From a virus, in the IMG/VR virus record IMGVR_UViG_3300020419_000009, positions 35,400 to 99,399 of that record: a stretch of 64,000 nt of DNA. One strand, written 5' to 3'. Position numbers and translations under genes: made by a program. Shown here in pieces: positions 29,925 through 39,876 of this stretch. The notes under the pieces are model-generated. The model ran no database searches. It was given only the letters and a program-made list of their open reading frames with translations, and had not been told where the DNA came from. Position 1 is the stretch's first letter. Each line of letters begins with the position of its first letter.

Positions 29925-30749
29925 ATGAAATTACTTTGTGATGGATGGTGTGCTGAATATGATGTACAATTAAAAGGAATGCCAGAAGATGAACTTAGAG
30001 ATATATTCAAAGACATTTATAAGTATCTAGTTTTAAATTTTAGAAGTCAAGATCTAAACGAAAAAGAACTACTACGTATTTCAGAAGTAGTAGGAACTGT
30101 GCAAAAACAAGATCAGAGTGACGCTAAACGTAAACATGGCGGCAGTGGAGACGTTTGGGCAGGTGAAGGAATATTAAGAGTAGGTGGAGATGACATAACA
30201 GGTAAGCCTAGTCTGTTTGCACACAAACATGACTTAGATTGGCATGCAAATCAACCAAGCAACCCTAGTAGAAAAGAATTAATATGGTTGTATGCATTTA
30301 CAGGAACTAAAGGTAGCAGGACAAGTTGGCTTAATAATGCATGGGCTTATGAAGATTTACCAGCTGATATGAAGCTTAAATTAGAAGATGTTTATGTATA
30401 CTGTGGCTATAAGGCAGGCCGGTATAGCGATACACCTTTGTTTAAGGACCATATAGATAGAGAAAATAAAGTAAAACTAATAAGAAATTTTGGAGAACAC
30501 AAGGGAATATTCTTTCCCTTTTTCCAAATTTTTGAAGTATTAGATATGCCCGAAAACGAAGGTCAAGATTTGATTAAATATTTACAAGACCATATTTTAA
30601 ATGAAAAATATATGTATCATCATGACTGGAAAGACACTGATCTCAACATAGCAGAGCAGGTTGTAACAATTCATAAACGATGGTATTTTGAACAAATGGG
30701 TAAACGAATACTTTGGAGAGTAGCTAGTGGACACGAAAATTTGCAGTGA
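29925..30749 (+). CDS. TauD/TfdA-family dioxygenase-like protein
   Basis: LVLNFRSQDL, DWHAN, YHHDWKDTD...TIHKR...RILWR pattern of the TauD family; HxN instead of HxD. Confidence 0.65.
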   Translation: MKLLCDGWCAEYDVQLKGMPEDELRDIFKDIYKYLVLNFRSQDLNEKELLRISEVVGTVQKQDQSDAKRKHGGSGDVWAGEGILRVGGDDITGKPSLFAHKHDLDWHANQPSNPSRKELIWLYAFTGTKGSRTSWLNNAWAYEDLPADMKLKLEDVYVYCGYKAGRYSDTPLFKDHIDRENKVKLIRNFGEHKGIFFPFFQIFEVLDMPENEGQDLIKYLQDHILNEKYMYHHDWKDTDLNIAEQVVTIHKRWYFEQMGKRILWRVASGHENLQ

Positions 30750-31488
30750 TATTTTAGCCTTAAGCCTAGCTGTAAGAACAAACGTGCTAGATGAAGTTAA
30801 GACCGCTGTACAGGCGTTAAAATGCGATTTAGACGGTGTTTTAAAGTACTCTACTAGCATAAAACAATGGCTCAAACCGATGGTAGACTTAACCAATTTC
30901 CATGTATATCCTATGAACGGAATAACACAAGGTTTGGATTGGTGGTATGATAAAGAACAAAGATCAGTTACTTTGAACAAGGGCGACTACCAATGGATCA
31001 CACCAAAAGCAGGAATAGGACATATACATTATGTTAGTGTTCCAAGTGCAATAAATGGTAATTTCGTAGAGATACCAACAGATGTGCCAACCGCAGTTGA
31101 TTTGGCTTATGTAGGTAGCACTGAAATAAAACATATAGAGATACCAAAAAATACCGAATTTGTCTTTTACAGTTTAAGTAAACCGTTTGGTGTAAGAAAT
31201 ATTAGAACAGGTTGGATTTTTACAAGAGAAGCTGACGCACGATTAGAAGCATTGACCCATAGTGCTAAGTATTATAATTACTATGCAAATGATGTAGCAG
31301 AAACTATTATGAAAAACTTTGACATTGATTATATACACAAGAGTTTACATAAAAAACAAATAGAAGTTTGCAATGAATATGGATTTACGCCAAGTGATAG
31401 TGTATGGTTGGCGACGACAGACAATCCAGCTTACGATAAGTTTAAGAGAGAGGGTAGTGCAAGGTTATGTCTCGCACCGTGTTATTAG
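30727..31488 (+). CDS. PLP-dependent aminotransferase-like (class I/II) protein, compact
   Basis: VDLAYV and FYSLSKPFGVRNIRTGW (PLP-lysine motif SxSK..G...RxG). Confidence 0.6.
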   Translation: MDTKICSDILALSLAVRTNVLDEVKTAVQALKCDLDGVLKYSTSIKQWLKPMVDLTNFHVYPMNGITQGLDWWYDKEQRSVTLNKGDYQWITPKAGIGHIHYVSVPSAINGNFVEIPTDVPTAVDLAYVGSTEIKHIEIPKNTEFVFYSLSKPFGVRNIRTGWIFTREADARLEALTHSAKYYNYYANDVAETIMKNFDIDYIHKSLHKKQIEVCNEYGFTPSDSVWLATTDNPAYDKFKREGSARLCLAPCY

Positions 31489-32987
31489 GAACTATCTCAA
31501 GTGTTTATCACGATTGGGTACCATACCCTGTTGGGTGCCTTATATCTCACTGTCAAAAAAATCCTAAAATTAAAAAAGAATACAAATTTTTAGAACCTAT
31601 ATACAAAAATAAATGGGACACTCCTGAGCTACATGAAAAATTAAAACAGACAGATATACTAGGACTTACCTGTTATGTTTGGAATCAAAATGCTAATGAT
31701 GAAATAGCACAATTATTTAAAAAATATAATCCTAAAGGCTTTGTAGTATACGGTGGACCAAACGTACCAGAAGAAAATTTAAATGAATTTAAACGTAATT
31801 ATGTTGATCATTACATGACTGGTCCTGGAGAGTTGAAATGGGAAAAACTTTTAGACCCTGAAAGTAAAAGCGAATATGCAATACCTACACCATATACAGA
31901 TGGAATATTTGATAATATATTAGAAAAAGAAAATGACATAGCTGTTGCTTTTGAAACAAATAGAGGTTGTCCTTATCATTGTGCATTTTGTGATTGGGGC
32001 GGAGTAAGTAGAAGTAAAATTACAAAGCTAAAAGATACAGCAGTTAAGGAAACAATAGAACATATTTTAAGTTTTGATAAAGTCAAAAGATTAGAAATCT
32101 TAGATGCCAATTATGGTATATTTCCAAGAGATGTAGACTTTGTACATCATATTGTTGATAATAAAAAACGAGATGATATGTTACTTACTTTTGCCGGATT
32201 TGCAAAAAACGGATCTCCTTATTTGCCTGAAATAATGAATCTGACAATGGACAATTTTAATGACAAATTACGAAATGTAAAAATAAGTTTACAAACCCTT
32301 ACACCTGATGTACTAGATACCATTCAAAGAAAAAATATTTCTACAGATAAGTTACTAAGAATTATGGATCAATTACGAGATATCAAAGTAAATTCTGAAC
32401 TTATAATAGGATTGCCAGGTGAAACGGCAGATAGTTGGGCAGATACTTTATTTAAACATCCTGAGTTAGGAATTGACTTTGCTAGAGCATATCCTCTATA
32501 TGTTTTGCCTAATACTCCTATGGCAACAGAAGAATATAGACAACAGCACAAAATAAAAACTAAAAAAATTACACTGCCTAATAAAGAAACGTTTGAAATG
32601 ATATACGAGTGTAGTAGTTATGACTTAGAAGAAATAACACAAATATATTTAAACTGGTGGTACTTTAATACTTTTTATAATTTTGGAATAGATAAAACAA
32701 TAACAAAAGATACAATGAAACAATTTTTTAAAAATTTAAATAATACCCCGTTTATGAGTTGTTGTGTTGAAGAAGTAAGAAATGCATTGTATAGGATATT
32801 CAAACCAGAAGATAACTTACTTTTAGAAGGATTTGATTATAGTTTTTTACATAAACAATTAGGTAGAGGAAAAGAATTATTGTATATGAAAAAACACAAT
32901 AAACAAGTACAGGAAGAACTTGGAATTAAATTCGAAATAAAAAATGAAGATAGAGAATTAGGGAGCGCCTTTGCGTATATAAAATGA
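31467..32987 (+). CDS. Cobalamin-binding (class B) radical SAM enzyme
   Basis: N-terminal B12-domain-like GLTCYVWN...YGGPNV; ETNRGCPYHCAFCDW; ELIIGLPGET. Confidence 0.85.
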   Translation: MSRTVLLGTISSVYHDWVPYPVGCLISHCQKNPKIKKEYKFLEPIYKNKWDTPELHEKLKQTDILGLTCYVWNQNANDEIAQLFKKYNPKGFVVYGGPNVPEENLNEFKRNYVDHYMTGPGELKWEKLLDPESKSEYAIPTPYTDGIFDNILEKENDIAVAFETNRGCPYHCAFCDWGGVSRSKITKLKDTAVKETIEHILSFDKVKRLEILDANYGIFPRDVDFVHHIVDNKKRDDMLLTFAGFAKNGSPYLPEIMNLTMDNFNDKLRNVKISLQTLTPDVLDTIQRKNISTDKLLRIMDQLRDIKVNSELIIGLPGETADSWADTLFKHPELGIDFARAYPLYVLPNTPMATEEYRQQHKIKTKKITLPNKETFEMIYECSSYDLEEITQIYLNWWYFNTFYNFGIDKTITKDTMKQFFKNLNNTPFMSCCVEEVRNALYRIFKPEDNLLLEGFDYSFLHKQLGRGKELLYMKKHNKQVQEELGIKFEIKNEDRELGSAFAYIK

Positions 32988-33649
32988 AAGACATAATTTT
33001 TACACCGTTAGCTATACCTCCTATACCTAATAAAGAAAAGATCCTTAATAGGTTTAATGCACCAGACTTTTACATCTGGTGGGACGAGGAAACATTATTA
33101 GGCGAAAAGAAAAATAACAATCCATTAGGAAATCCACAACAATGGACAGATAAAGCAAAAGAAAATTATCCTGAACTTATAGATTGGATAGAAACATACA
33201 TTCCTTGTGACGACTTTTACTATATCCGTATAGCAAGAGCCAAGCATGAAATTCCTCCACATATTGATGGTAATGCTGTTAAGCCAACACATGAACATCA
33301 TTTAGCTATAATGCCTGAAACACTAGAATATAATATGGAACACGAACCTATAGGATACCGTTTTGTTGTTTCAGGAAGTAAAAATAAAATGTATATGTGC
33401 AAGGAGTATGACTATACAAAAGATATGACCTGGCAAGAAAAACATAGATGTATTGTACCAGACGAAACAGATGCTTTTTTGATACGTAATCAAGATCAAG
33501 CACACGGTGTTGAAGCTGATACTGAAGATAGATTAATAGGCTTTATACTAGGAAAAGTTAATGCCAGGAGGCATTGGAACCTAATAGAAAAAAGCGTAAG
33601 TAAGTATAGCGATAAAGTAATAAGGAAACAAGATGTATTCAATGCATGA
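32984..33649 (+). CDS. 2OG-Fe(II)/cupin oxygenase-like protein
   Basis: IPPHIDG...QAHGV...DRLIGF. Confidence 0.55.
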   Translation: MKDIIFTPLAIPPIPNKEKILNRFNAPDFYIWWDEETLLGEKKNNNPLGNPQQWTDKAKENYPELIDWIETYIPCDDFYYIRIARAKHEIPPHIDGNAVKPTHEHHLAIMPETLEYNMEHEPIGYRFVVSGSKNKMYMCKEYDYTKDMTWQEKHRCIVPDETDAFLIRNQDQAHGVEADTEDRLIGFILGKVNARRHWNLIEKSVSKYSDKVIRKQDVFNA

Positions 33650-34235
33650 TGGTGCTAATATAAGTGTGCACCAAGAAATTGCACAGAGATTAAATCCAAA
33701 GACATGTGTAGAAATTGGTGCATACTATGGCGGTATTACTTACAAACTATGTAAACTATTACCACAAAGCCATTTTTTTGCAATCCAGGCATACCATGAT
33801 CACAAATTAAATCATATGCCTGATACGCCTAGAGGAGAATATAGTGTAGGTAGTGCAGAAGGTTCTATAGATCCTGATTTAAAAGATAAAGACTGGAAAC
33901 GTTCTGTAGTAAGACATTTTCCTAAAGAGTATCATGATTATTTTGATTTCAACTTACTTGTAAAAACATTCCAAGATACAGATAATGTGTCTATACTTTT
34001 AGACACAAGTCCGTTGAAATATGATTGGAAATTAGGTTTTGATCTTGCTATATTTGACGTATCTCCCTTGTTTGAAGAAAATGTAAAACAATTTAACTAT
34101 TGGTGTAAGTATGGCAATAACAGTAGTCATATATTGATGGGTGCATATACCCATCAAGAAGAATTTTATCAATATGTAGATAAAAGATATAAGGCTGAAA
34201 AAATAAGGGATGATTATGTTCTCGTGTGCATATGA
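33633..34235 (+). CDS. Class I SAM-dependent methyltransferase-like protein
   Basis: CVEIGAYYGG motif I; FDLAIFD. Confidence 0.55.
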   Translation: MYSMHDGANISVHQEIAQRLNPKTCVEIGAYYGGITYKLCKLLPQSHFFAIQAYHDHKLNHMPDTPRGEYSVGSAEGSIDPDLKDKDWKRSVVRHFPKEYHDYFDFNLLVKTFQDTDNVSILLDTSPLKYDWKLGFDLAIFDVSPLFEENVKQFNYWCKYGNNSSHILMGAYTHQEEFYQYVDKRYKAEKIRDDYVLVCI

Positions 34236-34881
34236 GATTAATTTAGATATTTCACAAGTTCGTGAAGAATTAAAGCATTTGAATAATCCTACGTTTAAAC
34301 GTGCAGGATATGATGACATGTGTTTTTATGTTTCTGATAAAACAATTAAAGACCAAGGCTGTGATGCTGTAATTAAATTTAAAAAGGATCTTGGTGATCC
34401 TTTTGTTGAAGGTGTTAGGTTTTTAAATATGTATCCTAAGTCATATTATCTCCCTCATTGTGATAGTAATGAGCAAGGCTTTCATGAAGATATACCCATG
34501 GATGTGCTACATCCAGGTAACGTAAACATATTACTCAGTGAACCTGTAGAAGATACAACTATATGGTATATTGATCCTGACCTAAGAAAACTATGGCCTT
34601 GGGGATTCTCTCCCAAAGGCGTTTTGTATCCCGGAGATATAAATCCTAACATTACGAAAGAGTCTATGGGCCATGATTATAGTAATCTTGTAGAAGTTGA
34701 TAGATTTAAATTACAGGATAAAGCTACATTATTCAATAGTGGAGTCAATCATCATATAGTAAGCGAAGATAAAGAAAATCCAAGAGCAAGTGCGTGTTTT
34801 GTATTTTGGCCCTATAATACATGGCAAGGTATCGTAGAAGCAATGAAGTTAAAAGGTTTATTAAATGACCGCGTGGAATAA
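34210..34881 (+). CDS. 2OG-Fe(II)/cupin oxygenase-like protein
   Basis: LPHCDS...VNHHIV...PRASACF. Confidence 0.55.
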   Translation: MIMFSCAYEINLDISQVREELKHLNNPTFKRAGYDDMCFYVSDKTIKDQGCDAVIKFKKDLGDPFVEGVRFLNMYPKSYYLPHCDSNEQGFHEDIPMDVLHPGNVNILLSEPVEDTTIWYIDPDLRKLWPWGFSPKGVLYPGDINPNITKESMGHDYSNLVEVDRFKLQDKATLFNSGVNHHIVSEDKENPRASACFVFWPYNTWQGIVEAMKLKGLLNDRVE

Positions 34882-35392
34882 AGAAAAACTTTTTATCCAC
34901 ATACCTAAAACTGCTGGACGAAGTGTTACAGTATCAATGGGAAAGGTAAACATAAAACCACATGCTCCTATTTCAGACCCTAGCTTACCTAAATTACCAA
35001 GTTTTACAGTTGTAAGAAATCCGTATGAACGAGCAGTAAGTTGGTGGAAATATTCTAAAGAATTTGGTATAGATGTAGGATTTTTGGAATATCTTTATAT
35101 GTATTTTAATAAACCTTGGCCTAATTGGCAGGAACAGTTTCAAGAATATACTACTACTACTTCAGACTTTCATTTAGGAGAATTCAAACCTAGCATTCCT
35201 ATGATAGATTATATATCTATAGACGGAAAGGTCTGTGTTGATAATATTATTAGATTAGAAGATAATACTATTCAAGAACGAAAAAACGTTAGCAAATTCC
35301 AAGTAAATACTAGAGAGATACTTACACCGGAGGCTAAGAATGTAATTGAACACTATTATGGTGTTGACTTAGAAAGATTTAATTATGCATAA
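34865..35392 (+). CDS. Sulfotransferase family protein (Sulfotransfer_2-like)
   Basis: FIHIPKTAGRS (5'-PSB loop) and VRNPYERAVSWW (3'-PB); C-terminal YGVDLERFNY. Confidence 0.8.
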   Translation: MTAWNKEKLFIHIPKTAGRSVTVSMGKVNIKPHAPISDPSLPKLPSFTVVRNPYERAVSWWKYSKEFGIDVGFLEYLYMYFNKPWPNWQEQFQEYTTTTSDFHLGEFKPSIPMIDYISIDGKVCVDNIIRLEDNTIQERKNVSKFQVNTREILTPEAKNVIEHYYGVDLERFNYA

Positions 35393-35999
35393 AAAAACTT
35401 TACCCAGTATACACAATTTTAAACTAGATATTGACTTAAAAAAGCTACAACAAGCAACAGATACACTTGCAGAAAAGTTTGTAGATGTTAAAACAGCTAA
35501 TCCAATGTTATGCGACAATCACATGGAGTTAGTTGCTCATGTGTACGATAATTTTGAACAAATAAACTTAACTACCCCTAGTGAGATATTACCTTATACG
35601 ACTAGCATAAAAGAAAGATTAAAACGTAAAGAAGAACATTTATATAATGTTCCTACAGAAGATTATAAAAATAGCTACTTTGAACAAGTAGTTACGCAAC
35701 TCAAATCACCTGCAAGTAGGATTAGAATAACTAAATTAGCACCAGGAAAAAATATTCCATTTCATGTGGATTATGACGTAAGTTATGCTGTAAGATGTAT
35801 TGTTCCTATCTACGGCGACAAACAGGTTATTAATTTATTCAAACGCGAAGATAAACTTGAAGCATATAATTTAGAAAATGGCAATGCTTATTTCCTAAAC
35901 ATAGGATATCCACATGCTGTGGTTAACATGAGTAACAAACCACGAATTGCATTGATGTTTAGTTTAAATGGAACGGATGACTTGGATGGATTGGTATAA
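35385..35999 (+). CDS. Aspartyl/asparaginyl beta-hydroxylase-like oxygenase
   Basis: RITKLAPGKNIPFHVDY...YPHAVVNMSNKPRIALMF. Confidence 0.7.
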   Translation: MHKKTLPSIHNFKLDIDLKKLQQATDTLAEKFVDVKTANPMLCDNHMELVAHVYDNFEQINLTTPSEILPYTTSIKERLKRKEEHLYNVPTEDYKNSYFEQVVTQLKSPASRIRITKLAPGKNIPFHVDYDVSYAVRCIVPIYGDKQVINLFKREDKLEAYNLENGNAYFLNIGYPHAVVNMSNKPRIALMFSLNGTDDLDGLV

Positions 36000-36546
36000 A
36001 TTAGATATTCCGGTGACTACCCAATATATAGACTTAGCAAAAAAATGTTATGAATTAGAAGGTAGGTATGGACAGAATGAAGATTTATTAAGTCCATTTA
36101 GAAATCTTCCTATTGATATAGTTACATATAAGTTTAGAGTAATGAATGATATAGAAGAAATTCATCCGCATAAAGATCGCAATAATGGGCAATATAACTT
36201 TGATGGAGAAGTTATAGGAGCAATTCAAGTACCAATTGAAAATCCTACCTATGCAGAAACTACTTGGTGGAACGCAGATAAAGATATAGATGACGGCTGG
36301 CATTTTTACAAAGGTAATGCTAAATCATTATTTGATAAAGATCCAAATTTTGTACCTGAAGGATTTACTAAAAAAAGCACAATGATAATGGATAACAAGT
36401 GTGCTTTGATACGTATAGATGGATGGCATTCAGTACGAAGATTAAATGAGGGAAGAAGACTTATTTTATCATTAATTATTGATCCAAAGTATACATGGAA
36501 TGAAATTACAAGTAGGCTTATGCCGTTAGTAGAGGAGAGAATATGA
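35968..36546 (+). CDS. 2OG-Fe(II)/cupin oxygenase-like protein
   Basis: IHPHKD...GWHSV...RRLILSL; start may be ATG 35986. Confidence 0.55.
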   Translation: MERMTWMDWYKLDIPVTTQYIDLAKKCYELEGRYGQNEDLLSPFRNLPIDIVTYKFRVMNDIEEIHPHKDRNNGQYNFDGEVIGAIQVPIENPTYAETTWWNADKDIDDGWHFYKGNAKSLFDKDPNFVPEGFTKKSTMIMDNKCALIRIDGWHSVRRLNEGRRLILSLIIDPKYTWNEITSRLMPLVEERI

Positions 36547-37124
36547 AGTGTTGTTACGAATTAAATATTGAAATAAGTGATGCGTATAAGGAACGAGTAA
36601 AAGAAATTTATGACTTGTGCAAAGATGATGCAAAGAAAGATGTTGCACCAGATTGTATGCGGAAAGAGTTTCCGGAATTATGGGCACCTATTGAACCAGT
36701 AGCTGATTGGTTTTCACCTGTAGTAAGAATGTTATATGAACCTCCGGGACAAAAAGTTGTAAAGCATATTGATCTAAATGCACATGCACAATATGGTGAT
36801 GCAGGAAGATACATAATTTGTCCAGGTGCTTTAAATATTCCTTGCTTCAAACCCATTGGAGATATTACTAAATGGTGGCGACAAAAAAATCCTGAATTTA
36901 TTCATCCATATGATTTTTGGAAGGGAAAAGATCATGACATGGTAGAAATAGATTCATTTGAAATAACAACTAAGCCTGTTATGCTACGTACAGGAGTATT
37001 TCATAGTGCTGAAAATAACGGTAGTGAAAATAGATTAATGGTTAGTTTTTTTACTCATTGGACTGTTGATTGGGATACTATTATTGACGTGATGTCTTCC
37101 AACGGACTCTTACTTCCTCGTTAG
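36543..37124 (+). CDS. 2OG-Fe(II)/cupin oxygenase-like protein
   Basis: VKHID...VFHSAEN...NRLMVSF. Confidence 0.55.
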   Translation: MKCCYELNIEISDAYKERVKEIYDLCKDDAKKDVAPDCMRKEFPELWAPIEPVADWFSPVVRMLYEPPGQKVVKHIDLNAHAQYGDAGRYIICPGALNIPCFKPIGDITKWWRQKNPEFIHPYDFWKGKDHDMVEIDSFEITTKPVMLRTGVFHSAENNGSENRLMVSFFTHWTVDWDTIIDVMSSNGLLLPR

Positions 37125-37611
37125 CAAAAGGCCAACCACTTATATTAATTCTACTTCCTGTACACGGTTCAACCCAATGATCAAAACCTGTATTCATGAT
37201 TACAAGTCTGTTTCTTTTAGGAAGTATAGTCATGTCTTCTGTACATAAAGAACCGTCAATTTCGTCTGTCATATAAAGCATCCACACCCAATTACCATAT
37301 ACAGCAGGATCTTCTTTGTGTTTTCCTATATGACTTGATGGAGTAAACTTTTTAGCAAATAGTTGTAATGGCTCTAAATCTATGTACGGAACAGGCTCAC
37401 CTATGTATTTAGAAACCTTATGCAATAATTCTAACCTATCATAACTTTTTCGTATGTCATTTTTTACAATTTGCCATTCGTATTCAGAATAGTCTCCTAC
37501 GTGAGAACCAGTATCACTATCTAATTGTTTTAATTCCCCTTCACAAAGTTTATCAAGTTTTTTGAGATAGTCTTCCTCAAAGACGTCATCAACTACTATA
37601 ACCGTTTTCAC
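37081..37611 (-). CDS. 2OG-Fe(II) oxygenase (prolyl-hydroxylase-like)
   Basis: IGKHKED...MLYM...PKRNRLVI...DHWVEP...RINISGW. Confidence 0.65.
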   Translation of the reverse strand: MKTVIVVDDVFEEDYLKKLDKLCEGELKQLDSDTGSHVGDYSEYEWQIVKNDIRKSYDRLELLHKVSKYIGEPVPYIDLEPLQLFAKKFTPSSHIGKHKEDPAVYGNWVWMLYMTDEIDGSLCTEDMTILPKRNRLVIMNTGFDHWVEPCTGSRINISGWPFANEEVRVRWKTSRQ

Positions 37612-38341
37612 GAGTCCAATCCTTCCAAGTTAGGTTAGTATCTTCTAACCACTGATTATTATGATCTTGTCCTTTACTGTTAGGACCATTAATACTAGCA
37701 ACAGCATGTAGTCTTACACTTTTACATGGTGTTACAGAATGTGCTTTTGCTGTATTTAAAATGAATGCTTCTCCGGGTTTTCTAAACACACTTCCGTCAC
37801 AAGATTCAATACTACTAGTGACACCTTCTCCGTCGTTTAGTAGAACATGATGATATCTAAAACCTGTATCTCCGTCAGTGTGCCATTCAAACTCACAATC
37901 GTGTTCCATATAACTGAACCAATAATTGTTACGCAAATAAGGTATCTTGTTAGATAGTTCTGAAAAATATTTACTTCCTAATTTTTTAAAGTCTTTATGA
38001 AAAAACGCATAGATGTTTAATCCTTTATAGTCTCCTAATCTTGCGTTTTCTTTTTTCATGTTGATATAATATAGTACACCGGATTCGTATTGAGTTTCTT
38101 TCACATAGTCTAGCCAGTTGTGTTCATCTTTTATATCAAATCCTCTAAGACTATTGTATACTTCTCTTTTACTTACAAGTTCATCTGGCCTTTCTAAATA
38201 AACATTCAAGTAAGTTTGGTATCCAAACTCTAAGTCAGGCCATATTTCATCGGTCATGTTGTAAAATAATTGTGTTAATTCTTTAGTATTACTTACAGGG
38301 TCGCAATGAATAAATCCTTCTTTCATATGTTGATCAAACAT
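37589..38341 (-). CDS. AspH-like 2OG-Fe(II) oxygenase
   Basis: FEWHTDGD...LNTAKAHSV...RLHAV; start may be ATG 38326. Confidence 0.6.
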   Translation of the reverse strand: MFDQHMKEGFIHCDPVSNTKELTQLFYNMTDEIWPDLEFGYQTYLNVYLERPDELVSKREVYNSLRGFDIKDEHNWLDYVKETQYESGVLYYINMKKENARLGDYKGLNIYAFFHKDFKKLGSKYFSELSNKIPYLRNNYWFSYMEHDCEFEWHTDGDTGFRYHHVLLNDGEGVTSSIESCDGSVFRKPGEAFILNTAKAHSVTPCKSVRLHAVASINGPNSKGQDHNNQWLEDTNLTWKDWTRENGYSS

Positions 38342-38784
38342 TTATGTAACTCCTCTATTGGTTCTGCAAAGCAGATTTGAAAATTGTATCTTGGATGTTC
38401 ATTATTGTTTATATAATGCGGTATTTGTGTATTAAATAATATAGGACTTTCATGTGTAACCTTAATACCATCGTTAAAATAACAAGGAGCATATTCTTCA
38501 TGCCAAAATAAAGGCACAATTAAAACTGTATTTCTATTCCATTTATTGTTATCTGTATGCTCTATTACTTTTGCATTGGCTTCTTGATGCACAAACATAG
38601 TATAACATTCATAGTTAAATCTTTTGAAATATGGCAGATCCATATCCCAACATAAATTTCCATCATGTTTTCCGCTTATTGTATCGTATGCAATAAAATT
38701 TGCTTCTGGAGATTTGCAAAGCCCTTCTAGAAACGTTACGTCTTCTTTGGATATTAAATTTGTTTTTTCAAAATAAGGAATCAC
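38323..38784 (-). CDS. 2OG-Fe(II)/cupin oxygenase-like protein
   Basis: IEHTDN...FNTQIPHYI...PRYNFQI. Confidence 0.55.
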   Translation of the reverse strand: MIPYFEKTNLISKEDVTFLEGLCKSPEANFIAYDTISGKHDGNLCWDMDLPYFKRFNYECYTMFVHQEANAKVIEHTDNNKWNRNTVLIVPLFWHEEYAPCYFNDGIKVTHESPILFNTQIPHYINNNEHPRYNFQICFAEPIEELHKCLINI

Positions 38785-39428
38785 AATGAAATCCTTTTAC
38801 GCCATTCAATCACACTCTCCTCGCATGTGGTAATATTACAAACCAACCATATGCTATCTATTGCACTAGCATTGAACAACCAATGTCTTTTATTTGTGTT
38901 TAGGTAGTACATTCTTCCTAGTTCCCATTGTAACGGAAAATAGTTTTGATCGTCTCCGTACATCCAACAAAAGTCCGGAGGATTAACGTTTTGTAAAGGA
39001 AATACAATTCTAAAAGATGTAGGTATACGAAAAGTTCCACCATCGATATGAGGAGGAAAATGTCCTCCCTGCGGTAATCTAATAAATTGTGTTCTGTTCA
39101 ACCAAGGCTTCCAACATTTTAACATATCTTGTAGTATAGGACTGTTATCGTATACTGTAGTAAAGTGTTTAAAATCTTCTTCGTAAAGATTTTTTCCAGT
39201 TGCTTTTGTAATATCTTTTAAACTACCAAAGTTTATAGGATCGTTAGTTCCATCAAAACTTGTTACTGCTAATGCATCTCTTTTTATTTCTGGCTTGTAT
39301 GGATTATATTTTTGCCAGAGGTTGTCAAATTGCTTTATCTCTTGTAAAAGTTCAAAGGGCTTTACTTTATAATCACAACTTAAAAAGTCACCATATAATT
39401 GCATTTGACTATATAGAGTCCAACTCAT
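38781..39428 (-). CDS. AspH-like 2OG-Fe(II) oxygenase
   Basis: GGHFPPHID...LNTNKRHWLFN; paralogue of 28455..29213. Confidence 0.6.
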   Translation of the reverse strand: MSWTLYSQMQLYGDFLSCDYKVKPFELLQEIKQFDNLWQKYNPYKPEIKRDALAVTSFDGTNDPINFGSLKDITKATGKNLYEEDFKHFTTVYDNSPILQDMLKCWKPWLNRTQFIRLPQGGHFPPHIDGGTFRIPTSFRIVFPLQNVNPPDFCWMYGDDQNYFPLQWELGRMYYLNTNKRHWLFNASAIDSIWLVCNITTCEESVIEWRKRISL

Positions 39429-39876
39429 TCATTACCTCCTTTACTGCATCTTGTACTGTTATATTTGTTTCTAATTCTGGATTGTTATCTAAAATAGAAT
39501 GCCCTTTTGCAAACCCCCAAGTAAGATAAGTCTGTCCTAAACTCTGGCTTATCTCCTTTAATGCAATTTTATTATCTTTCGTAATTATATCTGCATGTTC
39601 AGTGACAGTTGCTTCTGTTATATTGCTACCTATGTTTATACATGGTAATTCCTGTCTGTGTGATTGTACACATATATTCACCTGTGCATTACCAACATCT
39701 GCATTATTAATAATACAATCTAGTTTTTTATCAAACACAGGAGATACATCAAACATTAAATCATGGCCGCTAGTTTTACTAAAGCCTTCTACAGTATGCC
39801 CTGCGGCTCTACATGCTTCAGCAATATGTTTGCCAAAGCCCGAAGTATGTCCTGTTATGCCAATCTTAAGACCCAT
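39409..39876 (-). CDS. Short NAD(P)-binding Rossmann/SDR-like protein
   Basis: IGITGHTSGFG glycine motif, INNAD, INIGS; ATG 39876 with GGAGG RBS. Confidence 0.65.
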   Translation of the reverse strand: MGLKIGITGHTSGFGKHIAEACRAAGHTVEGFSKTSGHDLMFDVSPVFDKKLDCIINNADVGNAQVNICVQSHRQELPCINIGSNITEATVTEHADIITKDNKIALKEISQSLGQTYLTWGFAKGHSILDNNPELETNITVQDAVKEVMNELDSI

